Source: Candidatus Woesearchaeota archaeon CG1_02_57_44
GTDB taxonomy: Archaea; Nanobdellota; Nanobdellia; Woesearchaeales; CG1-02-57-44
Reading direction: 5' to 3'
NCBI GenBank assembly: GCA_001871415.1
Contig: MNWW01000066.1
Location: forward strand, 2,091-66,090
Length of the DNA stretch: 64,000 nucleotides
Part shown: one piece after another, positions 56,309 through 64,000 of the stretch
How positions within the stretch are numbered: the stretch's first letter is position 1
Layout of the letters: each line of letters opens with the position of its first letter
Notes under the pieces: generated by a model
What the model was told of the DNA's origin: nothing
The model's input: the letters and a program-made list of their open reading frames with translations, nothing else
The model's database searches: none
Made by a program: the position numbers and the translations under genes

Positions 56309-57928
56309 CTATCCTTCCAGCCCCAATGCCCTGAGTACGACACTGGGCTCAAAAGGCGCCAGGTCGTCGTAGCCTTGACCCGTACCGAAGTAAAGAATCG
56401 GCTTGCCAGTGATGAAGGAGACAGACACAGCAGCGCCACCCTTGTCGTCGATATCCTGCTTGGAGAGCACGATGCCGTCAAGGTTCGTGGCCTTGGCGAA
56501 CTCGCGCGCCTGCTCCACGCAGTCGTTGCCTGTTATGGCCTCACCGATGAAGAGCGTAAGGTCAGGCTTTGCCACGCGCACGACTTTTTTCAGCTCAGCC
56601 ATCAGGTTGGTGTTGCTGTGCAAGCGCCCCGCCGTGTCGATGAGCACCGCGTCGACTTTGTGCGCCTTGGCATACGCGATAGCATCAAAGGCGACAGCAG
56701 CGGGGTCTGCGCCATAATCATGCTTGATGACCTTCACGCCAAGACGCCTGCCATGCTCCTCGAGCTGCGCTATGGCCGCGGCGCGGAAGGTATCACCAGC
56801 CGCCAAGACCGACGATATTCCCTGGGCGCGCAACAAGTGCGCGACTTTCGCTATGGTCGTGGTCTTGCCGGAGCCGTTGATACCAACGAAGCAGATGATG
56901 TAGGGCTTTTGTGCCTCGCGCACTCTCTGCACAACATCAAAACCAGGGACGAACAGGGAGCTGATGCTCTTGCCTAGCGCACTGCCGACCTGCTGCTCGA
57001 TATTGCCGCGCGAGATAGGCTTTGTGGTCAGCTCTGTCTTCAGGTCTTCTTTTATCTTGTCAATGACCTCGAGCGCGATGCTGGACTCGAGCATCGCCAT
57101 CTCCAGATCAGCGAAGAACTGTTCGAACTTGTCCTCGGATATCGTGACCGTGGCGACCTTGTCTCTGAGGCGGGAGAAGAACCCTTTCCTTGGAGCGTCA
57201 ATGGGGCCTGGCTGCGCGCCAATGGGCGCCGCGGTTGTTGCCACAGACGGCGCAGAGCGTGGTTGCGAGTTGTCCTGGGCGATAGCAGACTCAGCAGCAG
57301 CTCTCCCCTGACGCTCTGTCGTCGCCTCCTTCCTCGCGGACAGCACCTGCACGATAGGATTTGGATCAACAACAGGTTCAGCAACGGATTTGTCGACGGA
57401 TTCCAGTGCATGGTTTCCAACCACGGGTTCAGCAACAGGCCGGGATACTGCCGAAGGTCCCATCCGCGGGATAGGCCGATGGATGCGCTCCGTCGGAGCT
57501 TGTCCAGATTGTGACTCTTGGCGCTCTTTACGCTCTTCCACCACACGCGGTATAGGACGATATGATGGCTCACGCTCCACGACGCGCGCCTCAACCAGGG
57601 GGACTGCTTGGACGGGTCGACCTTCAGAGACCTTGGTCTCTGCCACCATAGTCTTTGCGCCTATTGCCTGCGCCTTTGGCGCCGCTCCTGCGCTCAGTGT
57701 CACGCGCACGCCTGGTTTTGCGGTCGAAGATGATGCCTCTGAGGTCTCCTGTTTGGAGGCGACAGGTGACGCTACCTGCGTCGTCTTGGCAATAATCGGC
57801 GCAGTCTCCCCCTGAGCTTGCGCTTCAGGCATCACCTCATCAGTCGTCGACGCTTCTGCCTCAGGCTCCGCCTTCTTGCTGAACCGCCCGATGGCGTCCG
57901 CGATCTTCTTCTTGAGAAATCCTAACAT
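56309..57928 (-). CDS. ftsY: Signal recognition particle receptor FtsY with a long acidic/Ala-Pro-Ser-rich N-terminal A-domain.
   Basis: NG domain with GINGSGKTTTIAK, DTAGR and an SRP54-type GTPase layout, preceded by a roughly 230-aa low-complexity region. Confidence 0.85.
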   Translation of the reverse strand: MLGFLKKKIADAIGRFSKKAEPEAEASTTDEVMPEAQAQGETAPIIAKTTQVASPVASKQETSEASSSTAKPGVRVTLSAGAAPKAQAIGAKTMVAETKVSEGRPVQAVPLVEARVVEREPSYRPIPRVVEERKERQESQSGQAPTERIHRPIPRMGPSAVSRPVAEPVVGNHALESVDKSVAEPVVDPNPIVQVLSARKEATTERQGRAAAESAIAQDNSQPRSAPSVATTAAPIGAQPGPIDAPRKGFFSRLRDKVATVTISEDKFEQFFADLEMAMLESSIALEVIDKIKEDLKTELTTKPISRGNIEQQVGSALGKSISSLFVPGFDVVQRVREAQKPYIICFVGINGSGKTTTIAKVAHLLRAQGISSVLAAGDTFRAAAIAQLEEHGRRLGVKVIKHDYGADPAAVAFDAIAYAKAHKVDAVLIDTAGRLHSNTNLMAELKKVVRVAKPDLTLFIGEAITGNDCVEQAREFAKATNLDGIVLSKQDIDDKGGAAVSVSFITGKPILYFGTGQGYDDLAPFEPSVVLRALGLEG

Positions 57929-57998
57929 CGTCCTCTTCCTGCCCGACCTTTGTTCTTGCTTCCCGATAATGCCACAGCTTCAAGCGCCTCTCTCATGG

Positions 57999-58451
57999 TC
58001 ACTCGTCCTTTCCCTTGAAATGTGATTCCAGCGCCTCGATGCGATCGACCGATTCCTGCATCTGCGTCGCCACCTGCTGCTTGAGCTCAGCCAGCTCCTG
58101 CACCTGCTCGTCAAGGAGCGCGTTTGCCTGCTCGATGGTCTTTTCCAGGACCACCCCTGAGCCCACACTGACCAGAATGTCAGGATTCGCGCTCGCCATC
58201 TTCAGGTAGATACCCTGCCCGATAGGCACCAGCATCTCTGTTCCTGGCGCAAGCTTTGTGAGCTGCGCGACATTGCGCTTGCTCGCCAGCATCTCATCCT
58301 GCTGACCATCAATCGCCTCGAACTGCTCGCGCAGCTGCTTGATGCGAGCGGCATGCGCCTGCAGCTCAGCGAACTTCTCCTGCAGGTCCTGCTGGTCTGC
58401 TGACACCTTGCCAGAGCTATTAGGTCCTGTTCCGGATGTATTGTCTTCCAT
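57999..58451 (-). CDS. pfdA: Prefoldin alpha subunit.
   Basis: Two coiled-coil arms flanking a beta-hairpin region (LVPIGQGIYLKMASANPDILVSVGSGVVLEK). Start taken at Met17. Confidence 0.7.
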   Translation of the reverse strand: MEDNTSGTGPNSSGKVSADQQDLQEKFAELQAHAARIKQLREQFEAIDGQQDEMLASKRNVAQLTKLAPGTEMLVPIGQGIYLKMASANPDILVSVGSGVVLEKTIEQANALLDEQVQELAELKQQVATQMQESVDRIEALESHFKGKDE

Positions 58452-58503
58452 CGTAGTCTGTCTGCTTCTGTCTTGTATCCTGTGGCGTCCTTTGCTCAAG
58501 CGC

Positions 58504-59466
58504 TCACTTCTTGCTCGCTGGCGCCTCGCGTTTCTGGTATAGCTCAGTCAATGATTTCTGCTGATAGATACGAACAATGGATTCGCCCAGCAGCTGCGCG
58601 ATGCTCACCTGCACAATCTTGCTCACCTGCTTATGCTCCGCGAGTGGGATCGTGTTGGTCACAAAGACCTTCTCGATGAGCGATCGCTCCAGGCGCTCGG
58701 CAGCGTCCTCTGAAAGAATCGGGTGCGTCGCGCACACAAATATCCTGCCCGCCCCCGCTTTCTTGAGCGCTGCAGCCGCGTTGATGATTGTTCCGCCCGT
58801 GTCTATCATATCGTCAACCATGATGGCGTCGCGACCCGCGACATCGCCGATGAGGTTCATGACCTCTGAGACATTATGCGCGGTGCGTCGTTTGTCGACA
58901 ATCGCTAAAGGCACATCCAGCAGCTTGGCCATGAAGCGCGCCCTGGAGACACCGCCATGATCAGGGCTCACCACCACCGGGTCTACGAGCTGTACGCCAG
59001 ATAGCTTTGCTGCCAGCACGGGGATACCCCACATGTTATCGGTCGGGATGTTGAAGAATCCCTGGGTCTGGCCAGAGTGAAAGTCAACAGAGACCAATCG
59101 GCTTGCGCCAGCGACCTCTATCATGTTGGCCACCAGCCTCGCGGTCAATGCCTCGCGCGGATGGCTTATCCGGTCCTGACGCGCATAGCCGTAATAGGGA
59201 ACAATGACATTGATGCTGTTCGCTGACGCGCGCTTGGCCGCGTCAATAAGAATCAGCATCTCCATCAGGTGCTCATTGACATTGTTACAAGTGCTCTGGA
59301 TGATGAATACATCGGAGCCGCGCACGGTGTCGAGCAGGCGCACGTATATCTCACCGTCCTTGAACTTGGACATGTGCACAGGCGTCAATGGCACATTGAC
59401 ATATGCGCTAATCTCTTTTGCCAGCTCCCGGTTGGAACTTCCTGACACGAGTCGAATCATTTCCAT
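58504..59466 (-). CDS. prs: Ribose-phosphate pyrophosphokinase.
   Basis: PRPP-binding loop DLHSGQ..., DPV/VDDMIDTGGT motif, 320 aa. Confidence 0.9.
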   Translation of the reverse strand: MEMIRLVSGSSNRELAKEISAYVNVPLTPVHMSKFKDGEIYVRLLDTVRGSDVFIIQSTCNNVNEHLMEMLILIDAAKRASANSINVIVPYYGYARQDRISHPREALTARLVANMIEVAGASRLVSVDFHSGQTQGFFNIPTDNMWGIPVLAAKLSGVQLVDPVVVSPDHGGVSRARFMAKLLDVPLAIVDKRRTAHNVSEVMNLIGDVAGRDAIMVDDMIDTGGTIINAAAALKKAGAGRIFVCATHPILSEDAAERLERSLIEKVFVTNTIPLAEHKQVSKIVQVSIAQLLGESIVRIYQQKSLTELYQKREAPASKK

Positions 59467-59495
59467 GTTATCACCTTACGTTGCCCCTTCGCCAT

Positions 59496-59526
59496 ATCTG
59501 AAGCTATCTGAAGCGCGGCGCCGCGC
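59496..59526. repeat. Tandem 9-mer ATCTGAAGC x2, immediately followed by a perfect 14-bp palindrome GCGCGGCGCCGCGC, lying 30-60 nt upstream of prs.
   Basis: Direct inspection at 59496-59504, 59506-59514 and 59513-59526. Confidence 0.5.
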
Positions 59527-59555
59527 GTTGCCCCTCGCCACCTAGGCTGTCATCC

Positions 59556-60242
59556 CTAAGACGTCATCTCAAGACTGGCGTCGTAGAGCTGCTGCACCTC
59601 GATAGGTGTGCAGGCAGAGCCAATGAGCAAGCCATGCGCGTTTCCCAACAGGCCTGAGCGCATGTGCACCACACCGCGATTGACCGTGACCCTGAACAGG
59701 CGCAGCCCGAGGGCAGACTCAGCGTAGCTGAGCTCCTCATCGCTGATGGTCGCCGCGACGAATCCGAAGGAGGATGCACTATTGGAGCTGCCTTGTGGCG
59801 CCGCGAGCGGCATGGCAAGCTGGCCCACCTGCGGCAGACCTGCTATCAGACCCGGGCGCAGCGGCTTGTCGAGGGCCTGCCTGACGCGCTTTTTTACTAC
59901 TGCGCTCAGCTCATCGCTGGCAAGGATGCCCTGGCCTACCGCTATCAGATTGCCAAGCGCGGTCTCCTTTGCCTCGATGATATGACACGTCAGCCCCTGC
60001 TGCTCGAGGAAGACAACCTCCTGGGGTAACACGGTCTGTGGAAGCAGGATATTCTTTCCATCAAGAACCGCGAATATGCCAAGCAATGATGAGCCGGAGA
60101 TAGAACAGAGAATAGGATCCAATCCGGTAATCCTCTTAACCTGGGGGACTGCATGCGCCATATCCCTGCCTAAGAGGCAGATTTCGCTGCTGCAGCACCC
60201 ATACAACCCGATTGCTGGCACCGTGGCCTTTCCCAGTTTCAT
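59556..60242 (-). CDS. eif6: Translation initiation factor 6 (aIF6).
   Basis: eIF6 pentein repeats. TTTAAATA sits at 60267-60274, directly abutting ATG 60266, so Met9 (60242) is taken as the leaderless start. Confidence 0.8.
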   Translation of the reverse strand: MKLGKATVPAIGLYGCCSSEICLLGRDMAHAVPQVKRITGLDPILCSISGSSLLGIFAVLDGKNILLPQTVLPQEVVFLEQQGLTCHIIEAKETALGNLIAVGQGILASDELSAVVKKRVRQALDKPLRPGLIAGLPQVGQLAMPLAAPQGSSNSASSFGFVAATISDEELSYAESALGLRLFRVTVNRGVVHMRSGLLGNAHGLLIGSACTPIEVQQLYDASLEMTS

Positions 60243-60328
60243 TACCTTCTGGAAAGGGTCCAGCATTTAAATATTTAGGCCAGCAGGCGGCTGTAGGAAG
60301 TACTCGCTTCGCTCGGGCATGCGGCAAG

Positions 60329-61249
60329 CTACTTACCCAGCCCCTCAACGACTTCGCGCACGTGCTCAGCGGACTTACGAAGCGCCGCGAGTTCCTCTGA
60401 AGGCAGATTGAGTTCCACCACTTTTTCAACACCTGCCTTGCCAAGCACCGCAGGCACGCCCAGGTAAACGCCGGAAATGCCATATTCCCCATCCAGCCAT
60501 GCCGCAACAGGCAATATGGCCTTTTCATCATGAAGTATCGCTTCGATAAGCTGCATGATTGAGACTGCCGGCGCGTAAAAAGCAGAGCCAGTCTTGAGGA
60601 GATTCACAATCTCAGCGCCCCCTTTTCTGGTGCGCTGCACCGCAGTGGCAATGTCCTCGGCTGGAAGCATGGTTTCAAGCGGAATGCTGCTGACGGTCGC
60701 GGCGCTGGTCAAAGGCACCATATCATCACCATGACAACCAAGCACCATGCACTGCACGTCCCGGGCAGGATGTCCTGAGACCTTGCTGATGAAATGCCTG
60801 AAGCGCGAGGTATCAAGCGTTCCCGCCATGCCCATCACGCGCTCTTTTGGAAATCCTGTCACGCTCTGCGCGGTCGTGGTCATAGCGTCCAGGGGATTGG
60901 TCACGATAACCAAAATTGACTCGGGCGCGTGCCTGGCCACTTGCTTGGCCACATTGGTGACTATCCGGTGATTGATGGCCGCCAGCTCATCACGGGTCAT
61001 GCCGGGTTTACGTGGGCTTCCTGCGGTAATGACCACTATTTCAGCCCCCTTGGCCAGGGCGTAATCATTGCCTCCGGTCACAGAAACAGTACTGCCCAGA
61101 ATGGCGAGGGACTGGCTGATGTCCAGCGCCTTTCCTTCAGGAACACCCTCGACAATGTCGATAAGCGCAATGTCCGCCACATTACGCGCTGCAAGCACAA
61201 AACCCAGGGTCGCACCCACATTACCAGACCCGATAATCGCGACTTTTGC
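60329..61249 (-). CDS. mdh: Malate dehydrogenase (LDH-like, NAD-dependent).
   Basis: MAKVAIIGSGNVGATL Rossmann motif, substrate-binding R and catalytic H (GCHGD). TATA (CTTTTTATTG) about 25 nt upstream of ATG 61249. Confidence 0.9.
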   Translation of the reverse strand, partial: AKVAIIGSGNVGATLGFVLAARNVADIALIDIVEGVPEGKALDISQSLAILGSTVSVTGGNDYALAKGAEIVVITAGSPRKPGMTRDELAAINHRIVTNVAKQVARHAPESILVIVTNPLDAMTTTAQSVTGFPKERVMGMAGTLDTSRFRHFISKVSGHPARDVQCMVLGCHGDDMVPLTSAATVSSIPLETMLPAEDIATAVQRTRKGGAEIVNLLKTGSAFYAPAVSIMQLIEAILHDEKAILPVAAWLDGEYGISGVYLGVPAVLGKAGVEKVVELNLPSEELAALRKSAEHVREVVEGLGK

Positions 61250-61364
61250 CATAACTTGGGGTGCAAGGCCGCACAATAAAAAGATTTGGAAAATCAAGCA
61301 CACATTTGGACCAACGCCCAAACCTACGCAACATTAATAAGCGGCCTGCAAGCGCCTCATTGCC

Positions 61365-62144
61365 ATGAACCCTGTGAGGAAGATGCGCGAGCCTGAAGGA
61401 ACCCCTTACTGCTTCACCAGCCCTGGCTCCGGAACGACCCTTTCGAGCAGCATTGTCGGCGACAGTGACAAGGTCATCTTCATCGCACACGGATATCTGG
61501 CTGACAAGGAGCGAGGCCTTTATCAGATGCTCGCCAGGCATCTGGCCCAAAAAGGCCTGGGCACCTTTCTCATGGATTTCGCTGGCCACGGACAATCCCA
61601 CGGCAGCCCTGAGAACTCGAATCTTTCCACCATGCTTGACGATATCACAGCAGGCCAACATTTCCTGAGGACACGACGCAGAACCATTGTCGGCTTCTTC
61701 GGAGAGAGCATCGGAGCCACTGCCGCGTTGCTCTTTGCCTCCACCGTGAATCTGCGCTGCCCGTTGGTCCTTTTGGCCGCGCCCGCTGACAAGGACGCGG
61801 TATGGGATGAAAAGACCGTCACGAGATGGAAAGAATCCGGCCTGGCTATGCCGCAGGGTAAAAACAAGGTCATTGTCCCCTACAGTTTCTATGAGGACTT
61901 CTCCTCGCACGACATAGAGCGCGCGGCCAAGCACTACCAAGGCCCGGTCCTGGTGCTGCAGGGTGACAAGGATACGACCGTGCCTCTGCATCAGAGCGAG
62001 CGACTCTCGCAGCTCTTCCTTGACGGCAGCTTCGGCCTCATCCCAGGCGCGAACCACTACGCTCTGCTTCCTGATCAGCGCAGACTGGTCGTATCGCAAG
62101 CGATAGACTTCTTTCTCGCGCATCCGATGGACCCGCATGCATAG
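61365..62144 (+). CDS. Alpha/beta-fold hydrolase (esterase/peptidase-like).
   Basis: GESIGAT (GxSxG nucleophile elbow), HGQSHG and C-terminal D/H residues. TATA (CATTAATAAG) 26 nt upstream. Confidence 0.7.
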   Translation: MNPVRKMREPEGTPYCFTSPGSGTTLSSSIVGDSDKVIFIAHGYLADKERGLYQMLARHLAQKGLGTFLMDFAGHGQSHGSPENSNLSTMLDDITAGQHFLRTRRRTIVGFFGESIGATAALLFASTVNLRCPLVLLAAPADKDAVWDEKTVTRWKESGLAMPQGKNKVIVPYSFYEDFSSHDIERAAKHYQGPVLVLQGDKDTTVPLHQSERLSQLFLDGSFGLIPGANHYALLPDQRRLVVSQAIDFFLAHPMDPHA

Positions 62145-62227
62145 ATAGGGTAAGGCGCTCCCAGCAAGGGGCTCTCTCTGGGGGCTTACTGTGTCGCTTC
62201 GTGCGCCTCCTCCCCTTCGTATGTGGC

Positions 62228-62677
62228 TCACCTGGCCCGCAGCGCGAGTGTGGTACCTATCTTCGCCAATAGCATCACACCCAGCACACCAAACAGCCAG
62301 GGGTCCATGCCTGAGAGCGACAGCGTCGTCATGCCACCCTGCTGCGCCTGCCAGCCCTGCCAGAACAACGCCACCAGCAGAGCGACGATGGCAGCGAATG
62401 AGCAGTTACGCTCGATGATGAGCTGATGCATGCGCTCACGCTCATCATGCACGCTGTCCAGCTTGACCATGATGCTCAATGTGTCTATCACCAGCACCGC
62501 GACCACGACGCCGATGGCCGCCTGTCTCACAGCATCAGCGACGGGCAGATAGGCGATAGCGAGGATCACCGCTATGAACCCCACAATATAGAGCCAGCCC
62601 TCTTTGGTCTTGGGCCTTATGCCCCAACCCAGGATACGGTACGTGAACCATTCAGGTTTTCCGATCATATGCATCAC
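62228..62677 (-). CDS. Hypothetical membrane protein (149 aa).
   Basis: Several TM helices. Downstream member of an XRE-HTH operon. Confidence 0.45.
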   Translation of the reverse strand: MMHMIGKPEWFTYRILGWGIRPKTKEGWLYIVGFIAVILAIAYLPVADAVRQAAIGVVVAVLVIDTLSIMVKLDSVHDERERMHQLIIERNCSFAAIVALLVALFWQGWQAQQGGMTTLSLSGMDPWLFGVLGVMLLAKIGTTLALRAR

Positions 62678-62682
62678 CTCTC

Positions 62683-63078
62683 TTAGTGCCGCCTCAGCAG
62701 CGCATGATAACTGACCATGTACACGATCAACACCGCGCAGACCAGCTCGGCCATGAGCATCCCGTAGCTTACCGCAAAGTCAATGAACCCATCGGCCACC
62801 ATGATAGCGAACGCGAGGAGCATGAAGCCCACCAGCGCGACTCTCGCGGATTTGAAGGCGACAAGCTCCATGCGCTCATCAACAAGACGCTTGCGCTTGC
62901 GCATACCCCGCAGCAGCGTCATCACCAGACTCACCATGCCGATGTAGATGAGCCACGCGCCCGCTGAGCTGAATCCCAGATAAGGACGCTCTCCAACACC
63001 GCTCAGATGGGTCGCGATGCCAGCCACCAGGAAGACAAACGCGAATCCGAGACCCCATAAGGTTCTTGTTTTATTCAT
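62683..63078 (-). CDS. Hypothetical membrane protein (131 aa, 4 TM).
   Basis: Hydrophobic. Immediately downstream of the XRE-HTH gene (12-nt gap). Confidence 0.5.
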   Translation of the reverse strand: MNKTRTLWGLGFAFVFLVAGIATHLSGVGERPYLGFSSAGAWLIYIGMVSLVMTLLRGMRKRKRLVDERMELVAFKSARVALVGFMLLAFAIMVADGFIDFAVSYGMLMAELVCAVLIVYMVSYHALLRRH

Positions 63079-63090
63079 GACTGCATCGCC

Positions 63091-63288
63091 TCATACACCA
63101 AACAACTCCTCCACCTTGCACCGGAACGCTTTGGCCAATCTCAGCGCGAGCTCCAGACTCGGCATGTATCGTGCGCCCTCAATGCTGATGATGGTCTGAC
63201 GCGATACGCCGACCATGCCTGCCAGCGCCTCTTGGCTCAATCCCTTTGCCTCACGCCGCTCGCGCAGCAGGTTCTTGCTCAATGCCAT
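63091..63288 (-). CDS. XRE-family (Cro/C1-type) HTH transcriptional regulator, 65 aa.
   Basis: LSQEALAGMVGVSRQTIISIEGARYMPSLELALRLAKAF is a classic HTH_3. Confidence 0.75.
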   Translation of the reverse strand: MALSKNLLRERREAKGLSQEALAGMVGVSRQTIISIEGARYMPSLELALRLAKAFRCKVEELFGV

Positions 63289-63320
63289 GGCCGTCTCCGA
63301 GTTCTCTCTCCGACACAGAT

Positions 63321-63361
63321 GTAAAGCTAGCTTTACGTAAAGTATGCTTTACTATAAATAG
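63321..63361. promoter_or_regulatory. Two adjacent 16-bp palindromic operators, GTAAAGCTAGCTTTAC and GTAAAGTATGCTTTAC, next to a TATA box (TATAAATA) upstream of the XRE-HTH operon.
   Basis: 63321-63336 is a perfect palindrome. 63337-63352 keeps the GTAAAG/CTTTAC arms. TATA at 63354-63361. The ATG of the XRE gene is at 63288. Confidence 0.6.
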
Positions 63362-63472
63362 GTTTTGATAGCATTGGCCCTCCCATAGTATCTGCGCCAG
63401 ACTCCCCTCCTGCATGCTCTGCAGAACAGGTCACACTGTATTGCCCCTGCGGGCCGCATTCATTCGGCCGCC

Positions 63473-63488
63473 CCGAAACATTTAAGAA
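63473..63488 (+). promoter_or_regulatory. BRE/TATA (CGAAACATTTAAGAA) about 25 nt upstream of nadK.
   Basis: CGAAA BRE plus an A/T-rich box at canonical spacing from ATG 63511. Confidence 0.4.
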
Positions 63489-63510
63489 CCATGGCGCACC
63501 TGGCACACCT

Positions 63511-64000
63511 ATGCGCATCGCTGTTGTCGGGTATAAAGTTGGACCTTTGCACGCCGCTTTGACCAAGGCAGGATTCACGCTTACTGCGACTGCGATCCCT
63601 GGCACCAGAGGACCAAGCACCACCCGTAAGCCATCGCTGGTCATCTCTTATGGCGGCGACGGCACCAGCCTGTACGCTGAACGCATCTATCCTGGCATAC
63701 CTCGCATCCTGGTACGGCACAGCCGCACGTGCAAACTCTGCAAAGTCCATGACTATACCACACTAATCAGGATCCTCAAAAATAAGCAATACACCATCAA
63801 GGAATACCTGAAGCTGGAGGCGTCAATCATCCGCGCCAGCGGCCAACCTAGACGGCAGGTCAAGCGCGCTGATACGGCAGGGCTCATCGCGCTCAATGAG
63901 ATAGCGATCCACCATAAACCACCGCACGCCCTGCGCTTCACGACCAGTGTCAGTGGCACGAAGACAATCATCGGCGATGGTGTCATCGTCTCAACACCGC
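63511..64000 (+). CDS. nadK: NAD kinase (ATP-NAD kinase), 5' partial; continues beyond the window.
   Basis: ISYGGDGT and GDGVIVSTP motifs in a manually translated open frame that runs to the right edge. Confidence 0.8.
   Translation, partial: MRIAVVGYKVGPLHAALTKAGFTLTATAIPGTRGPSTTRKPSLVISYGGDGTSLYAERIYPGIPRILVRHSRTCKLCKVHDYTTLIRILKNKQYTIKEYLKLEASIIRASGQPRRQVKRADTAGLIALNEIAIHHKPPHALRFTTSVSGTKTIIGDGVIVSTP

Noticed and set aside
1-64000. CRISPR arrays, transposases, integrases, rRNA.
   Set aside because: No regularly spaced direct repeats, no transposase or integrase-like ORFs, and no rRNA-like conserved stretches were seen.

Overview
High-GC (~60%) segment of what looks like an archaeal chromosome. 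Archaeal hallmarks include Kae1, aIF6, prefoldin alpha, a FlaI/FlaJ-type secretion ATPase pair, a ZPR1 zinc finger, DtdA, Taw3, an LDH-like MDH, and BRE/TATA boxes ('CGAAA'+'TTTAAATA'-like) 20-27 nt upstream of start codons, giving mostly leaderless mRNAs. No rRNA, tRNA, CRISPR array or transposase was seen.

Content, left to right:
- a FlaI-like ATPase plus a downstream FlaJ/TadC-like membrane protein that runs off the left edge;
- a small RGG/Gly-rich zinc-ribbon protein with a hairpin/oligo-T terminator;
- an NFACT-R protein and split NAD(P)HX repair genes (YjeF-C dehydratase and YjeF-N epimerase on opposite strands);
- a complete his cluster, hisG-hisC-hisB-hisH-hisF-hisA/IE-hisD, containing two unusual fusions (HisC+HAD phosphatase, HisA+HisI+HisE);
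- a bacterial-type phosphoglucomutase, a PfkB kinase, a Kef-type antiporter, SepF, Cmk, MgtE, Kae1 and ZPR1;
- a block of promoter-bearing hypothetical genes: 515 aa, 238 aa, a 72-aa membrane protein, and a 708-aa xylose-isomerase-like TIM barrel with a large insertion plus a co-transcribed SAM methyltransferase;
- an HExxH protease, a double Fis-HTH protein and an NTase-HEPN fusion;
- an opine-dehydrogenase-like gene interrupted by an in-frame TGA;
- Taw3, a 788-aa S-layer/adhesin-like surface protein, and an NTP-transferase / B12-radical-SAM / DtdA-methyltransferase group;
- a cell-surface glycosylation island (SGNH hydrolase, GT-C, GT2, YfhO-like, FkbM);
- an HD hydrolase, Lrp, FtsY, prefoldin, Prs, aIF6, MDH, an XRE-HTH with palindromic operators, and NadK running off the right edge.

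Every call rests on manual translation and motif recognition alone.
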